From: Lama guanicoe
Lineage: Eukaryota
Length of the DNA: 64,000 nucleotides
Direction of reading: 5' to 3'
Assembly (NCBI GenBank): GCA_013239625.1
Contig: MU054400.1
Coordinates: forward strand, 5,211,802-5,275,801
Position numbers and translations under genes: made by a program. Of this stretch, positions 26,052 through 39,649 are shown one piece after another (position 1 is the first letter of the stretch; every line of letters begins with the position of its first letter). The notes below the pieces were generated by a model. The model searched no databases. It saw nothing but the letters and a program-made list of their open reading frames with translations, and was not told the origin of the DNA.

Positions 26052-27374
26052 GTGAGGACCAATTTAGGAATTAAGGGCCCAGTTTTACTCGTAATGTTAA
26101 AAATGACTCTGCCATTGTTCGGCTTGTTACAGCCTAGAAAGTTTCACCTTCCTCTCTGAGCACAGCCAACAGGAGTCATGGGATGATCCACCAGACCCAG
26201 GGGTGGGCCCAGGTGGGTAGTGGCAGCCGGCACACACACGGGGGAGCCCCAGAGTCAGGGGCTCGGAAGGTCATACAGGACACAAGACCAGGGCACCCTG
26301 TGGCCTCAGCTGCTGTGGAAAATAATGGAGGAGAGAAAAGTTCTAAAAGTTACAGTGTCTTGTTTTGGAAGGTCTGAAATGTTTCAGATGTACCATCTTT
26401 TTTTTTTTTTTTTTTTTTAAGTATGTAAAAACCACATTGGATGTGGCCATTTCCTAAAGTCAAGAACAACCGTTTCCCTGTGAGAATTTTTCTTTTCTTT
26501 CATCCCTGCCTTGGACTAACTTTTTAGGTCCTTCAACAGAATGGAGCAGTTTCCTTAGGAACTAGTGCAGAAAAAGGGAAAAGAAAATTAATAGAAATGG
26601 TGTATTACCTCTTTAGGCTGTTGCCAAAGTCTGTTTCTGAGTGATGACTAAGCATTCTTTCAGAAGTACTTTTTAGGGCACAAATACAGCAATTTTCATG
26701 GGAGCAACAAAGTGCATTTTTAGTTTTGGAGGTCATCTTTCTTTTCATCCTCTTCCTAATAAGGTTATGGAGTTCATTTGGATGGCCCCAAGCCCTCTGG
26801 CTTTGGGGGACCTGGATTTTATCATTGCAGATGTTTTTTGAGGGACACACTGTGGGTCCATAAAGAGACTTTTGTTGTGACTGTGGGAGTTAAAGCAGTG
26901 TCTCCACTAAATGGTGGCCACCGGCCACCAACCTTCGCCCTTCGAAGTTTGCCTTTCCCAGTTAGGATCATGATTTGGCTAGCAGGCTTAAACTTCTTTT
27001 TAAAGATCTCCTTAAAAGTTAAGGCGATTTCATTCCAACAATCAATGTATTTTAGCAAGCAGACTAGAATATACTCCGGAACTGAAACATCTTCTTTCCT
27101 GCTAACTAATCTCAGAATCTAAGCTAGCTATTAAGCCAGACTGAGAACCCTTTCACCTGCGCAGCATGCTGCACCAATTTTATGCAGGTTTCCAAAGGCC
27201 CCTCACCTACCCCCAGGGCTGCTAATCTTTGGCCCCATTGCGAACTGATCCTCAGACACGTCTGTTAGACACGTGAGCTGTTCTGAACAGGGCCAAGATT
27301 TTCAGACTGGACCAGCCAGTTAGCATCCTGTAGCCAGCACACTGGCGTCACACTGCCTCTCCATGGTTCTTTTG

Positions 27375-28000
27375 CTTGATTAATTTAGCGCTCTCTGTTG
27401 AGCACCTCCCTTCCCAGGCTTTAGGCTGGACACTAGGTAACAGAAAGGTATCAATTCTATGCCTCGCTCTCAGAGAGCCCCTGGTTGACTGCTGAAGACA
27501 TACATGAAACAGGTCGTGACTCGGGGTAGGAAGTGCTCTGGGGAGCGTCAGAGTCCTGGGTGCACGGAGATCAGGCAGAGAGGTACCACTGAAGGTTTTA
27601 AGTAGAGGAGTGCTATCAGCAGAATAGGAGTCGGCGTGGAAGATGGATGGGGGTGAGGAGAACTACAGTTTAGGAGACCGGTTAGAAGCTGATACAGCAG
27701 TTCACTCAAGACACGTAGAGCTGGAACCGTGGGTGGGGCGGTGGCAGTGGGCTTTGAGAGCAATGAACAGATCTGAGGAATATTCCAGAGTTAAGACTTG
27801 GTTGATTGGTTATGTAAGCTGAACAGAGTCCAGCACGACCTGACCTTTCTTTCTTGGCTCTGGAAGTCCGGGCGGCGGGTATTCTGTCTCGGGAATTTGT
27901 ACAAGGCAGAGGGAGTAAAAAGGAGAATATTTGAAGGTAGAAGAGGGAAGACAGGGAGTGATGTTTTAGACACCTCCAGTGTGAGGTTTCTGTCAAATGC
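27375..28000 (-). mobile_element. L2 LINE fragment
   Basis: tgttgagcacctccc..ccactgaaggttttaagtagaggagtg..gaccggttagaagctgatacagcagt..gacttggttgattgg. Confidence 0.7.
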
Positions 28001-29659
28001 TGTTTTATGAGACCAAGGGAAGAAAAAGCTAAAAGTGCTTAGATGGAGATCCAGACAGATCCTGGATGCCAGCCTGCCCTGGCAGAAAAGCACCCCAAGG
28101 AGTGCCTTATCCCATGTGCCTTTCTTCCCACCCGATATCCTGCTATCAGCAGGTATGAACAGCTGCTGGTTCTGTCATTGCTCATCGGTCATGACGTCTG
28201 TGTGTGCACATTCTTGTGTTTGTTTTAATTCAAGATTCTTCCTCCCCCACGGGGCTCGGGAGCGCTCTGTCGGTGTTACTACCTCAGCAGCCATCATTCC
28301 TGACCCAAGCACAGTGACTTGGTTTTGCCCAAGAAAAGAGGTAACTGTGTGCAAAGCCATGAGGTGTACACTGTTTGTATCCACATATAGAGAGGGAACT
28401 TAAAAGAGTCAATTAGTAAAATTTAAAAATCCATACAGAATGTAAGTTGCAGTTCAGAATAGGAGCATTTTCCGTTTCAGACCCTGAGCACTGGCGCTCC
28501 CAAAGCTTGCACCCGTCTGGAACCACATTTCCCAAATTCTGCCCGTCTTCACTTACTTCCTGTGGATGTTACTGGGGCCTTGCGCTTTCCTTTAGAGGCG
28601 CAGATAGAATGTGATCTTTAGAATCTCGAGAGGCCAAAGACAGAGCCAAGAGTGATAAGGGCATCTCTCCTGACCAGCAGCAAGTTGACAGGCACAGGCG
28701 GTGGATAATGGTCAGCTCCCCGTCCGGCACTCCGCCCTCAGAAACCCACCAAACAAGCCACACAGTGCACGCAGCACCGTTTCCATGCAGGCCTGGGTCT
28801 GTTTCTATGCACTGTAACATCACAGAGAGGACCACTGGTCACTTTGCATCATGCAGGGTGTCCAGCATCTTCTCTGCCTTGCAGCATTAACCACACGTGA
28901 CCACAGCTGTAGCACACAGCGTCTGGAGACCCACTCCTAAACTTCGAGCTGCCTCATACAGGATGTGGGAGGTCAGCAGAGGGAACTCTCCAGCCAGAGG
29001 GTGAAACAGCCTGCTGTCTCGGACACCCAAGGGGCTTCAGTAATGACGCAGGAGTGCTGCTCACTAGTACGGATACGGAGAGCATGCGGTGGTGGGGCTG
29101 TGTACTCTGAGCTATCTGTAGAAAATCAATTTCCATAGTGATCAGACATGCAGAAGAGTAATTTCCTGTGAGTCCTGGGTCCCAGCGAAGTGGAAATGCT
29201 TCTGCCTGTCTGTTGTGATTATTTAAGCCACATGATCTCAGAGGGGAAACATTCAGCATTGGCTTTGACTCTTAGTGTCTTGGTTTGAAAAAGTCAGCTC
29301 TCCGCTTTACCACTGCTGTAGATCCAAGTCCGGAACCCAGAATTCACCTGTATGGTCATCTCAGTAATTATGATCAAAACAGCAAAAATTATGTACATAT
29401 TTGTTTGTTTTTCCTGAAACATACAGCCCATTTCTTCTCTGAAAATTAAGCTTTTTCACATGGCGTCATAATTTTCTTGGGAGGTAAGACCACTTATACT
29501 ACCTTCAAAATTCTCTTTAGTCAATGCTTTTATCTTCCTCTCCTGGTTGAACATCTGATTCCACGTTAGGAATCTGCAAACAGGCATCCATCGGTGTAAT
29601 TTGATGCCTGCCCTGATCCTGGGAGTCTTGAAACCTGTGTCTTTTCTTTAACCCTTTTC

Positions 29660-29805
29660 TACAGCCTGGACTGACTGTGACCAGTCTTCTTAGGCTGCAG
29701 TTTCCCCATCTGCTAAAAAGGCGCACGACCATTGACGCCCACTTCACGAGGATATTTTGAGAAGTGAAGTGGTAGTGGATATAAGATGCTCTGAACCTTT
29801 CCAGA
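29660..29805 (+). mobile_element. MIR fragment
   Basis: ctgtgacc..gcagtttccccatctgctaaaaagg..cacttcacgaggatattttgagaagtgaagtg. Confidence 0.6.
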
Positions 29806-30099
29806 GGACAGTGATCTGAAAACACAGGTCCTCTTCATTGAGGGGAGAGTGTCTTTTGCTCCTGGATGCAGCTGAACAATGAACTCTCCTGCCCTCACAC
29901 CTCTGCCCCTCCCAAGGCTGTCCCCATCTCTTCAGACCTGTAATCGAAGGGCAGACAATCAGGGCAACTGCAGCAGAGCAGATGTGAGCAAGAAGGAGAG
30001 GTCAGTGCTGTTCAGAGCCAGCGCAGTCTCGGAGCCCTTCTGCAGGCTGGTCTGCACCAGAAATCATCCACCAATGTATTGTGAAGCCAGAATTCAGCA

Positions 30100-30335
30100 C
30101 AGAAAGCAAAGCGGGGGCTTTGTAGCCAGGCAACATAGGTTTGCATTCCAGCTCTTCAAGCACCAACTGTGAGGCCTTGGATAAGTCCCTTCACCTCTTG
30201 GGCCTTTATTTGCTCATCTCTAAAATGGGGAGAATAATACTGGCTTCACACTGACACTGTAAAGTTTAAATGAGATTTTGTCTGTGGTGTCTGGTACATT
30301 GCAGGTGTTTAATAAGCAAAGCTACCACTTTATTG
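30100..30335 (+). mobile_element. MIR SINE
   Basis: ctgtgaggccttggataagtcccttcacctcttgggcctttatttgctcatctctaaaatggggagaataatac. Confidence 0.8.
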
Positions 30336-30689
30336 CTTTTATCCATTTGCTTGTCAGTGGATAGAGGAGTTTTGGTTTGGTTTTTTTTTTTAGTGCCACT
30401 GTATAATATGTGTGTGCCTATACTAAAGGCCAAGCGATATTTGTGTGAGTACTTTCTGGTGAACTCACCCTCCCAGTTGGCCTGGCCAGTTGTCCGGGTC
30501 GTAGACTGTAGCACAGATTGTACACGGGCTTACACCTTATATGGAAAGTCATCCCACAGAGGAAAAGGGGGCACGTTGTCCACACACCACCCCTCACCTC
30601 CCCAGCGGGACTCGTCCAGCGCCACTCTCCACATCCCTGCCGAGCATCCCACATCTGTTTAGGCCTCCTCGCATTGCCTCTCATCGGAA

Positions 30690-31060
30690 CACACTCTCAG
30701 CCTCCTCTCTGGTTTCCCTGCCTCCAGCCTCTTCTCCCGTGGTGACTCTTCCTCGGTTTTACTCTGTACCATTCTACGGCCCTGAGTCAGAGCCTCCTTG
30801 ATGAAGCCAGGGCTCAATGGCAGGACATGAGGGTTCTCACAGGACACCCCATTTCCTTTCTCACCTCATTCTGTGTGCCGGCCAAGCTGACCGCGGCTCT
30901 GGGCTTTCCTGCCTCTGCTCTCTGTGCCCTGCATGCACTTTCTTCATTTTTATTGGTTCTGCCGCATCATTCGGGACAGCACAGCCTTCGCCCAGGGCAT
31001 AGTTCAAGCCTTGCCTCCTTTAAGAAGACCCCCCAATGCACCTCCCATTGTGCCCCTTCC
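30690..31060 (+). mobile_element. L2 fragment
   Basis: cagcctcctctctggtttccctgcctccag..cttcgcccagggcatagttc..gcctcctttaagaagacccc. Confidence 0.45.
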
Positions 31061-34008
31061 AGCTGTCCCACCTGAAGCAGTCAGTGCCTCTTCCCCACGC
31101 CTGGGGTCCCACGTCTGTCCACAAGCACAGCAGCATACTGACTCGTGTCCGTCACATGCCCCTATCAGATACGCGCGCCCTCGGCTTTCCCGCCTCAGCC
31201 TTCCGCAGGCCATCGGATGGTCTCAGAGAAGCTTTTTCCTGTTCTCAGTCCTCTCTGGTGAAGACTTGGGCCTCACCCTGTGACATTCCAGGACTCAACT
31301 CCCCAGCACCCCCCGCCATGCCACCCCTAAAGAAGTGTCTTTAAGCTAAAATTCCCCGAAGGAAATTTATGTCCATGTTCTATTACTCCTCCACAGGGAT
31401 GCACAACAGCTGTTCACCATCTTTTGTAAAATCACTTGAAAATGGCTCTGAAGTCACTCCCCAGACTTCTCTTCTTCAGGATATTTAATCCCAGTTCCCT
31501 TGACCTCCCTTGTGGATCCAATGTGCTCACTCCTTTGATCATCACTACTGCTCTTTCCTAAATCCGTTCTAAATTCTCCATCCTCCTCTTAAGTTGTGGA
31601 CGGTGTAAGGATGCCCGTTTTCCTAGATGCCCCAGCGCAGGGAAGCTCAGTTCCAAGTCAGGCTCTTGCTGCTGCTTTCCTGGGTGTCGCTTGAAGTTTG
31701 GGCTCTGGACACAGGAGTGTCCCTCTTTGGCTGGAAAGGAAGCAAATGAATGGGCTGCTTCCTACTATTGAAGGAAGGACAGGGAAGAAAATGGACCTTT
31801 GCTTCTAAATCAGGGCAAACAACTTCAGGGCGCCAGCAGGGCTTCTGCAGCCCCACTCAGGTCCCGGGGCAGGAGCTCGACCCCACCACATGCACTGCCC
31901 ACCCAGGAGCCGGGCAAGGTGGGGATGTTTTGCATTCACTCCAAACAAGACCAGCCCTTCCACTGAGCATCGTCTTCAATGGAAAGACAAAAATCTATCT
32001 TAACTTCCAGCCTCAGACATCTCACTAGAAAATAAAACAACGTCAAGTCTCCTTGGACACTTACTCTAAGTGTCTTCAGCCCCACGTTCCTCCTCCTGGA
32101 AGATCAGCTATGCCACTTAAGGGCCTTTCCTGCTCCCCTTTCTGTGGTCTAGACAATAAATCACATCCAAGAAAGGACAATGAGCTTGATTTGAGGTGGT
32201 GCTCTGGGAGATACTTCTCTCTTCTGGTGGCCCCACCCTACGTGCCTGCACACACACTCCACACGGGTGTCTGCACACTTGCATGCATGCCCATGAGCAT
32301 ACACACACACTCCCACACTCTCACAGTCTACACAGGGGACTTGGCCATTGGCACTGACATTGGTGATGTTAGAGGACAACAAAGAAATAGTGGGGACGAG
32401 CCCAGGGATGGTGGCATCTGGTCTTCCATCCGAGGCACAGCCAGTAATTCCACTGGACAGGCAGCCTAGGGAGGTAGTCACCCTCCCCATGCTCACTTCT
32501 GGCCTCTTCCCTGCCTGGTCATCCCACAGGTGGGCACCATCTTGAAAATGTCCAAACCACTTTCTCTGTGTGGTCCCGCTTTCCCTCTGTGTCTTTTCTC
32601 TTTGAAAATAGCAATAGTTGCCTCCTTCCGCATCCTTTGGTTTTGCCCTGGCACCAGGGAAGACCAAGGCACACGGGTGACTTGCTTCTCACTGGAGAAG
32701 ACAAAGAAGGGACAAATCAGTCGGCGCCGTCTTCCCCACGCCCACCCAGGCCCTTTCTCACTGCAGCCCAGCCCTCAAGCTGTGTGGGGAGCACTCGGCC
32801 CTCAGACAGCACCGTAGCCTTCCGCAACGTCTTTACAATTCCAAAGGGAGGGAGGAGGGAACAATGCGTGTGTATCATGTAGTATGTAATACATAAAGTA
32901 AAAAAAGATACAGAGTGTAACAACTTGGATATGTCTTCCTAAGAAGGGTGAGTATTGAGTTAAAAGAGAATAATTTTTACTGAGTCTACAATGAAATGTA
33001 TTTTCATTCTTTCAAATGGGAAATATCGATGGGGATCCCCTTTTATACCGAGAATTGTCCTAAGTGCTGGGTTTAGGGAAGTGAGGAAAGCAGACGTGGA
33101 CTGTGATCTCAGGGCGCTTCGATCCAGCGAGGAGACAGTGAAAAGTCAAGTAATCAAATAAGTCGCACTCACAAACTGTGATGGATGCCGCGGCACAGGG
33201 GACGGGCAGCGTGCTGGGTGTGACACACACAGCCTGGGAGAGGGCTCAAGGAAGGCCTCTGTGGCCAGAGATACCAGGCATGAGCAGGAGTCATCCAGAA
33301 GCCAGGGAGGGATTCCTTAAACTCCAGGAAACAGGAGGATATAACCCGAAGTCTACTGACCCTCAATATATTGGATTCTTTGTAAATTTCAGGAGCACTT
33401 AAATCAGCAGGGCATGAAACCGAAAGGATTTCAGCTGGCTTTGGATCAGACACAACAAGCAATCACAACATTTCAAATAAAGCAGAATGAGGGCCTGCTT
33501 GAAAACAGGCAGCAGCCAGCCACACGTGCTCCGTGTGTCCGAGCCTCCCAGGGCCCCAGTATGATTTGTATCATTTTTGCTTGTTGTAACCCATCTCCGC
33601 TATGAAGTTCGAATTTCATTTTGATGCACCGGGTGCCGTAATGTTGAGACTTCTCTTCACTCCACCTGCCTTCAGAAAGCAGGCAAGCCTGACGTGTCCC
33701 GTGCACATGCCCCGTCCTCCCTGACTGGCACTCCCAACCAAAAAGTTCCTCTCAGGGCATGAAAAGCATGTATTGTGCCTGGCCTTTGGTCTTTAGATTT
33801 CATCACGTGCTCTCTCATTGACTGAAGAGAAGCTGTACTGAATGCGGCCGGGTCCCCCTCCTCCCTTGGACCTGGAATTTTGCGCTTTCTCCAGATTTCT
33901 CTGGAAAATCGATGCTGTGATGTGCCCGGATAGTTAGAACTGTTCCCTGCAGTAAGTGCTTGGTGATTTTTTAACCCTTTCCTTTTTGTTGTTGTTTTAT
34001 TTTTAAAG

Positions 34009-34069
34009 GCTTGAGTTGTCTGTTGAAAACATCTTCCGAGACTGGCTTGAGAGTTCCGGAATACCACAG
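34009..34069 (+). CDS. AOPEP: AOPEP coding exon, 61 nt: (R)LELSVENIFRDWLESSGIPQ
   Basis: Acceptor gttttatttttaaag|G, donor CAG|gtgcgc. Completes the AG|G Arg codon from the previous exon. Confidence 0.95.
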
Positions 34070-36609
34070 GTGCGCTTAAGATAACTGCCTCTGGGAAGCT
34101 TGTCCCTTAGCGTGTCAGCCGGGACAGGGATGTATTTATATATACTGATACAAGTGGAGGGCCCGGAAGTCAGGAAAACGATGGGCTTCCCCGCTTTTCG
34201 TCCCTGATGGTGATGTGTGCCCCAGGCCTCTGCCTCACGTGACCCTGGTGCTGGAGGTGGACGTGCTGGTCGACCCTTTAAGTGAGGTCTTGCAAAGCAG
34301 GGTGTATATTTTGGGTGGTGTCACCAGGTAGCAGTTCATACCTAGAGTTTCTCCATCATTTCCCCTGTGTGGTGGCCCCTCGACTTCCTCCTCCAGTTCT
34401 GCATCCCTGCCTCAGGCTGCTCTTCCCACCCGAATGAGCAGTTTAGATTTATTTCTCTGTCCTGCAGACGGGGACCCACCCGACTGCAGGGTTTTTTCTC
34501 TCCCTCCCTCTCAGCCCATGGGCAGCTCTGGGGGAGAGGTGGTTCCCAGTCAGCCCGAGCTCCGTGGGAATCACCTGACCTGGAGCCTCCTCGCCCCGCC
34601 ACCTTCCCCGGGGCTGGTCTTCCTAGAGCCTGAAGGGCGGCCCCACGTGCTGACCCTAGCTAGAGGCTAGGCCCTGGGGGTCCGAGGGTGGCATCCTGGA
34701 TGCGGTTGGTCAAAGGACCCTGTAGGCCTGGAGCTTTCCCAGCCTGGGCTGGCCCCCGGAGCAGCTGCGGACCCATCACAGTGGGCCCTCATGTTTGGGA
34801 CTAGACACCCACGGTGGTGAGAAACCCTGCCCTGGGCCCAGGCAAGCAGCCCTGTTAGCCTGCCCGTTTCTGGTTTCACGGCTGGTTATATGAGCTTCCC
34901 CTTGGGAGTGTCTGAATGTCAATGAATGTCTGTGAACCATGAAATTAAGGAACAGGAGGGGCTGTTCTCCATTACCTTTTCATTCTTCTACCTACATCTT
35001 TGTCCTGTTCAGCCACACAAGGGGAAATGCCGGCCACCAGGGGCTCTTTCCTAAAAAGGACACATTGCCTTTGGTTCAGGAATGCGTGTCACCTGGCAAA
35101 AGTTAGTTGTTTGGCTCAATCCTTCTGGGAGCAAAAAAGAGTAAAATCCTGCGTCCTAAAAACGCGAAACAGAACTGGGTGGAGTGAGGCAGCGCCGGTC
35201 CTGGGAGGCGGCGCTTTCAACTTGTGTATATGATCACGAGCTCCTGTGATTTCTAAGACAGTGGCTTCCAAAGCAGGCCACTCACTGAGTACAGAAGTCC
35301 GAGGAAACAAAGTTAAGATTTGTCTGATCTGAAATAGCCCGAGCTTGCTCTTGTTTCAGATGGGGTTGGGGAGCGGGGATCCCCCGAAGCCATCTGCCTT
35401 GAGTTCCTAGGCCTGGCGGCTGCCAGGCTCCCAGACGTTCTGAGCGTGGCCTGGAAGCCGGGAAGCGTCGGGAGCTCAAAGAGCACAATCCCGAATGTCC
35501 TGGCCCCGAACAACAAGGCCGCTGTGTTCAGCAGTCCGCCCCGAGGGAAGAGAAAAGAAAGCGTTCCTTAATCCAGTGCCCAGAAGCAGGCGCGCCCCGC
35601 TCGCTGGGGTTGTAGCCCTGGGGCTGACCCCCTCGCTCCCAGGAGCCTCTGTCATTTCCCCTGAAGAAGAGGAGGCTTTGCCACCAGCAGGAGGCTTTTG
35701 CTTTTCATTAAAAGGGGGAGGGGTGCATGGCAGGGAGAGGTCTGCCCCTGAGCAGTGCATTTTTTCCAAAGGTCCAGTTGCATTCGTGACAGCTTATAGC
35801 GTAGACAAGAATCTCCGCTATAAACTGGCGAAACCTGCTGTCAAAACACAGCCAGGTGCACGGAGGCCAGCCCGGCCATAAATTGTCTTTAAGACCCAAC
35901 TGGTATTTCCTTGGGTGCTTAACCGTTCGGGTAAAAACAACAGTGGAAGACAGAAAAGACCCTGATTTAGTGCACATCTTTCCATTGGTGAATGATTGGA
36001 CGGCGTCTTTTCATCTCTTCACCCGTTTTCTGCCCTTATTTATGTGGGCGATGCTGGTTTACCTGCTCGCGGCCCTTTCCGCGCTCCTTGAGAGTTCCTG
36101 CTCGTTTCCACTTCAGTGAGAGACTCCGCACCCTCTGGTCGCAGGAGCCTCACAGTGAATGGGACACCTTGTTCTTGGTCCCCATCATTATAATATAAAG
36201 TTACTGGTGTGTTTGGCCTGGAATGACAAGCAGAGCTCTGAAATCGCTCCGATGCTCTTTGTTCTCCTTAAAAATTTCTGTCCACCGGCGATTGAAGTCT
36301 TTCACGACAAAAGAGTCACGTTCTACTGGCGAAGTTTTCATTCCACAGGTTACAGAGGCCTTTTTGTCTTTTCTCACGAAGGCTTGCCCTGGGGTTGGCC
36401 TCCATTTTCCTTTTTGGCCACGTTGAATGGAAATCAGTTTGTTTTTTTTTTAATGTGGAAATAGCTTCAGGAGCAATCAACGTTTAAGCATGAGCCCCAA
36501 AGAAGTAAAAGAAACTGGATCCAAATCTCTGTAAGGAACACCCAACCCTATAACCTTTGGCTTTGCAGACAGACTTAAAAATTGATTGTGCCATTGATAT
36601 TATAGACTA

Positions 36610-37075
36610 TTTCCTTCTTTGGCTTTTTTGATTATAGAAATGTTACATATTGAAATAGACAAATTTTGTAATAAGAAAATTAAAGTGGCCCAGAGATAAT
36701 TTTTTGATAGAAATCCTTTCAGTCATTTTCCTGGACATGTGAATACATAGTTTACTCCTTTTTTAAAAATAAAAATAATATGTTCTCCCTAGCAAACTCA
36801 AGAAATAACAAAATAGAAGAACCCATGCCCCTTTTAATTTTACCCTGCAGAGATAATCTATGCCTGGCATGTGTCTTTCCACACATTTTCTTTGCTATCC
36901 GCTATATAGTGCATATCCTTTTAAAACAAAATTGGAATCTTACTATCCAAACTTAACGTTTTCATTTAAAATATATCTTAAGCAGTTTCCCATATCCCTT
37001 GATATAATTCAAGAGCAATCATTTTTAACAGCCACATAGCTTTCTAATGAATGGTCATAATTTAATTTACTCTGA
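36610..37075 (-). mobile_element. Old L1 (L1ME-like) fragments
   Basis: AT-rich, with cccagagataa.., catttttaacagccacatagc..atgaatggtcataatttaattta. Confidence 0.5.
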
Positions 37076-37419
37076 CCCTCCCAACTGTTAGAATAGCATA
37101 CATTATTTCTAAGAAAGTTGCCCATTCTGCTAATTTGGCAATTCTATTAATAGATTTTGATTTCCTTTCATGCTGGCCCAAAGATCACCTCCTACTCACC
37201 AGCCCATGTGTTCATATACTCCAATCTTTTTAGAAAAACATTAATATGCAAATACATTAGAAATAACTTTTCCCCCTCCAGCCTTTCTCCTGTACTTCCT
37301 TATTTCAGTTGTTACAGAACTTTGACCCTTCCCTTTCCTTGATTTCCTGCCCACGTTACCAAGTCCTGATATTATGATGTACATATTTATTACATTCATA
37401 ATTTTCTTTCCTTTCCTAG

Positions 37420-37930
37420 CACCTCCTCCATTATTTCATTATCTTTTGCTTGGACTAGTGCAGCAGCTAATTGCTCTTTTAGCCACCAAGCTGCCCCCCT
37501 TTCCATCCACCATCCACATCAAGGCTAAGTGACTCCTTCCCAAAACACAGCTCACATCCGTCCTCACTGGAAACTTTTCCCCCATTTAGAACAAATTCTT
37601 TGGCCTGCTACTTGAGGCTGTCAGCAGAACTGCCCCCCAGCTGTCTTCTTAAACGTTATTTTTCACCACTCTTAGGCATATACCCAAACATAATTACCAG
37701 TCTCCAATATTTATGTACTTTACCACTAGCGTTCCTTTAGGCATGGCCTTTTCTCTCCTTGGAATGCTTTCCTGTCTCTTTAGTTAGCAAGTATCATCAC
37801 CTGTCTTATATTGTTGCTGTTTGTGCATGAGTCTCATACATCCACCCCCACTCTCCACAGGAACAGGGGTCGTGTCTGACTCACCCTTGCCTCACCTATG
37901 GGGATGCACACACTAGACGCTCAGGGGCTC
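37420..37930 (+). mobile_element. L2 fragment
   Basis: cttggactagtgcagcagct..ccttcccaaaacacagctc..ctccttggaatgctttcc..caggggtcgtgtctgactcac. Confidence 0.6.
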
Positions 37931-37954
37931 CCTGTCCAATACAGGAGTCACTGG

Positions 37955-38452
37955 GCACAGGTGGTTATTAAGCACTTGAAAAATATCTATGTACCTGAAG
38001 CACTGAATATTTATTTTAACATAATCTCAATTTAAATTTAAATTCTAATAATACAGTCATGGTTTGGAACAACTTGAGTATGTGAATCGATCTACTTTTT
38101 CATCTGTACATTCCACGAACTCTAAATTCAGACCAGGCATTACTGATTAAAATTGAGCATCCAGTTAAGATGAATGGTGAAAACACAGCAGATTTAGAAG
38201 GCTTAGTACAAAAAAGTGAAGGTAAAAGATCTCATGAAAGGTTTTAAAAAATACTGGTTTCGTGTTGAAACGGTTACATTTTGGATACATGGTAATCCTA
38301 CATATATAAATATATATACCCAATAAAATGTATTATTAAAATTATAAAATATAACAGCTAAAATGCTGTTACGGCTTCCTTTTTATACATGGCAACTAGA
38401 ACATTTTAAATGACAAATGTGGCTTGCAGGTCTTCATATTGAATAGTGCTGC
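37955..38452. mobile_element. hAT-Charlie DNA transposon fragment (MER33/Charlie1-like)
   Basis: aataaaatgtattattaaaatt..ggcaactagaacattttaaatgacaaatgtggcttgc..attgaatagtgctg. Confidence 0.7.
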
Positions 38453-39649
38453 TTTAAAGCAAATTAAAATCTTAGTGCATAATGCCTTAAAATCCCCCAC
38501 TGAAGAGACGTTATTGAAATCATCCGGATTTTTGTTAAACGTAATTATGAAGATAGAGGTGGCCGGTCCACAGACGCCCTCCAGTCTGTGGTGCTGGCCC
38601 CAGTGATCAGGGTGAGGGGCCGGAGCGCCCCTCACAGGAGGCGTTCACAGGGGTGTGAGCTAAGTACCAGCCTGTCTTCAGCTCTTAATGCCAGCTCCCC
38701 GGCGGCGCGCCGTTTCCCAAGGTCCTAGTAAGTACCGTAGTGACACCGGTGAGCCGCACAGCCCTTCTCCGGCTCGGCAGCCCTCCGTGGCAGGATCACG
38801 GGCAGCAGTGGCAGCGGTGAGGATGGAGAAGATGGCTAATGGCCCGTCACCTACATAGGCGGGAATCAAGCGCCCAGAATTAAGAACATCAGGTTATCGT
38901 GTCATCTTGGAAAATGCCACTCCTTTCCAAACGAACACCTGAACGTCGCCAAAGGCCACACAAGCAAATGACGGCAAACTTAAGTCTTGTAGGGAAAAGT
39001 GCTGCGGTCACAAAACTGAGGAAACTTGATAAGATATGATGCAAGGCACTCTGTCGCTGGCGCCGTGACGTGCTTTTAGCACGGAGAAAGCCGGGTGGTT
39101 TATTAGGGGGCTAACGCGTAGGCTTTTTTTAGCGCCGGTTGTGTAATGTTACCAACATAATCTAAAGGCCCGTTAGGATGCTTCATCTCAGTGGGGTCTA
39201 GAAGAATTCTACATTTAATGGTCATTCAAGACAGCTGAGACTGGTTGTTTTGCAAATTCCAGAGAAGTGATATTTTTCAAATTATATGTGCTGTGAGATC
39301 CTTGGGTTTTTTTTATATCAATCATAGCAGTTGCCATAATGTGGTGTGGTTTGGGCCCCTAATAATTTTGCTGTCATTCTTGCCTAGTGGTTAGACTCAC
39401 ACTTCCTAAGTGACTAAACCTCTTGTCAGGGATCCTCAGAGCCGTGTTCTCTGGCCCTGCTTGGGGCAGGGCCTGCCTTGTCACTGAGCCACCACTGTCA
39501 CTTACTGCTCATCGCAGTGGTGGCCCTTCTTCTCACAGACCTCAGTGATACACTGCTTGGCAGTCACAAGAGATGGAGCGACATTTTATTAAAATACTTT
39601 CATTTTTAGCCTAATTTTCCTTATTTTTTGCACCTGTGGCCTCATGCTC

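Noticed and set aside
32053..32882. Cluster of 95-168 aa ORFs on both strands
   Set aside because: Mostly non-ATG starts, no recognisable homology and no consistent splice signals; chance ORFs in GC-richer intron.
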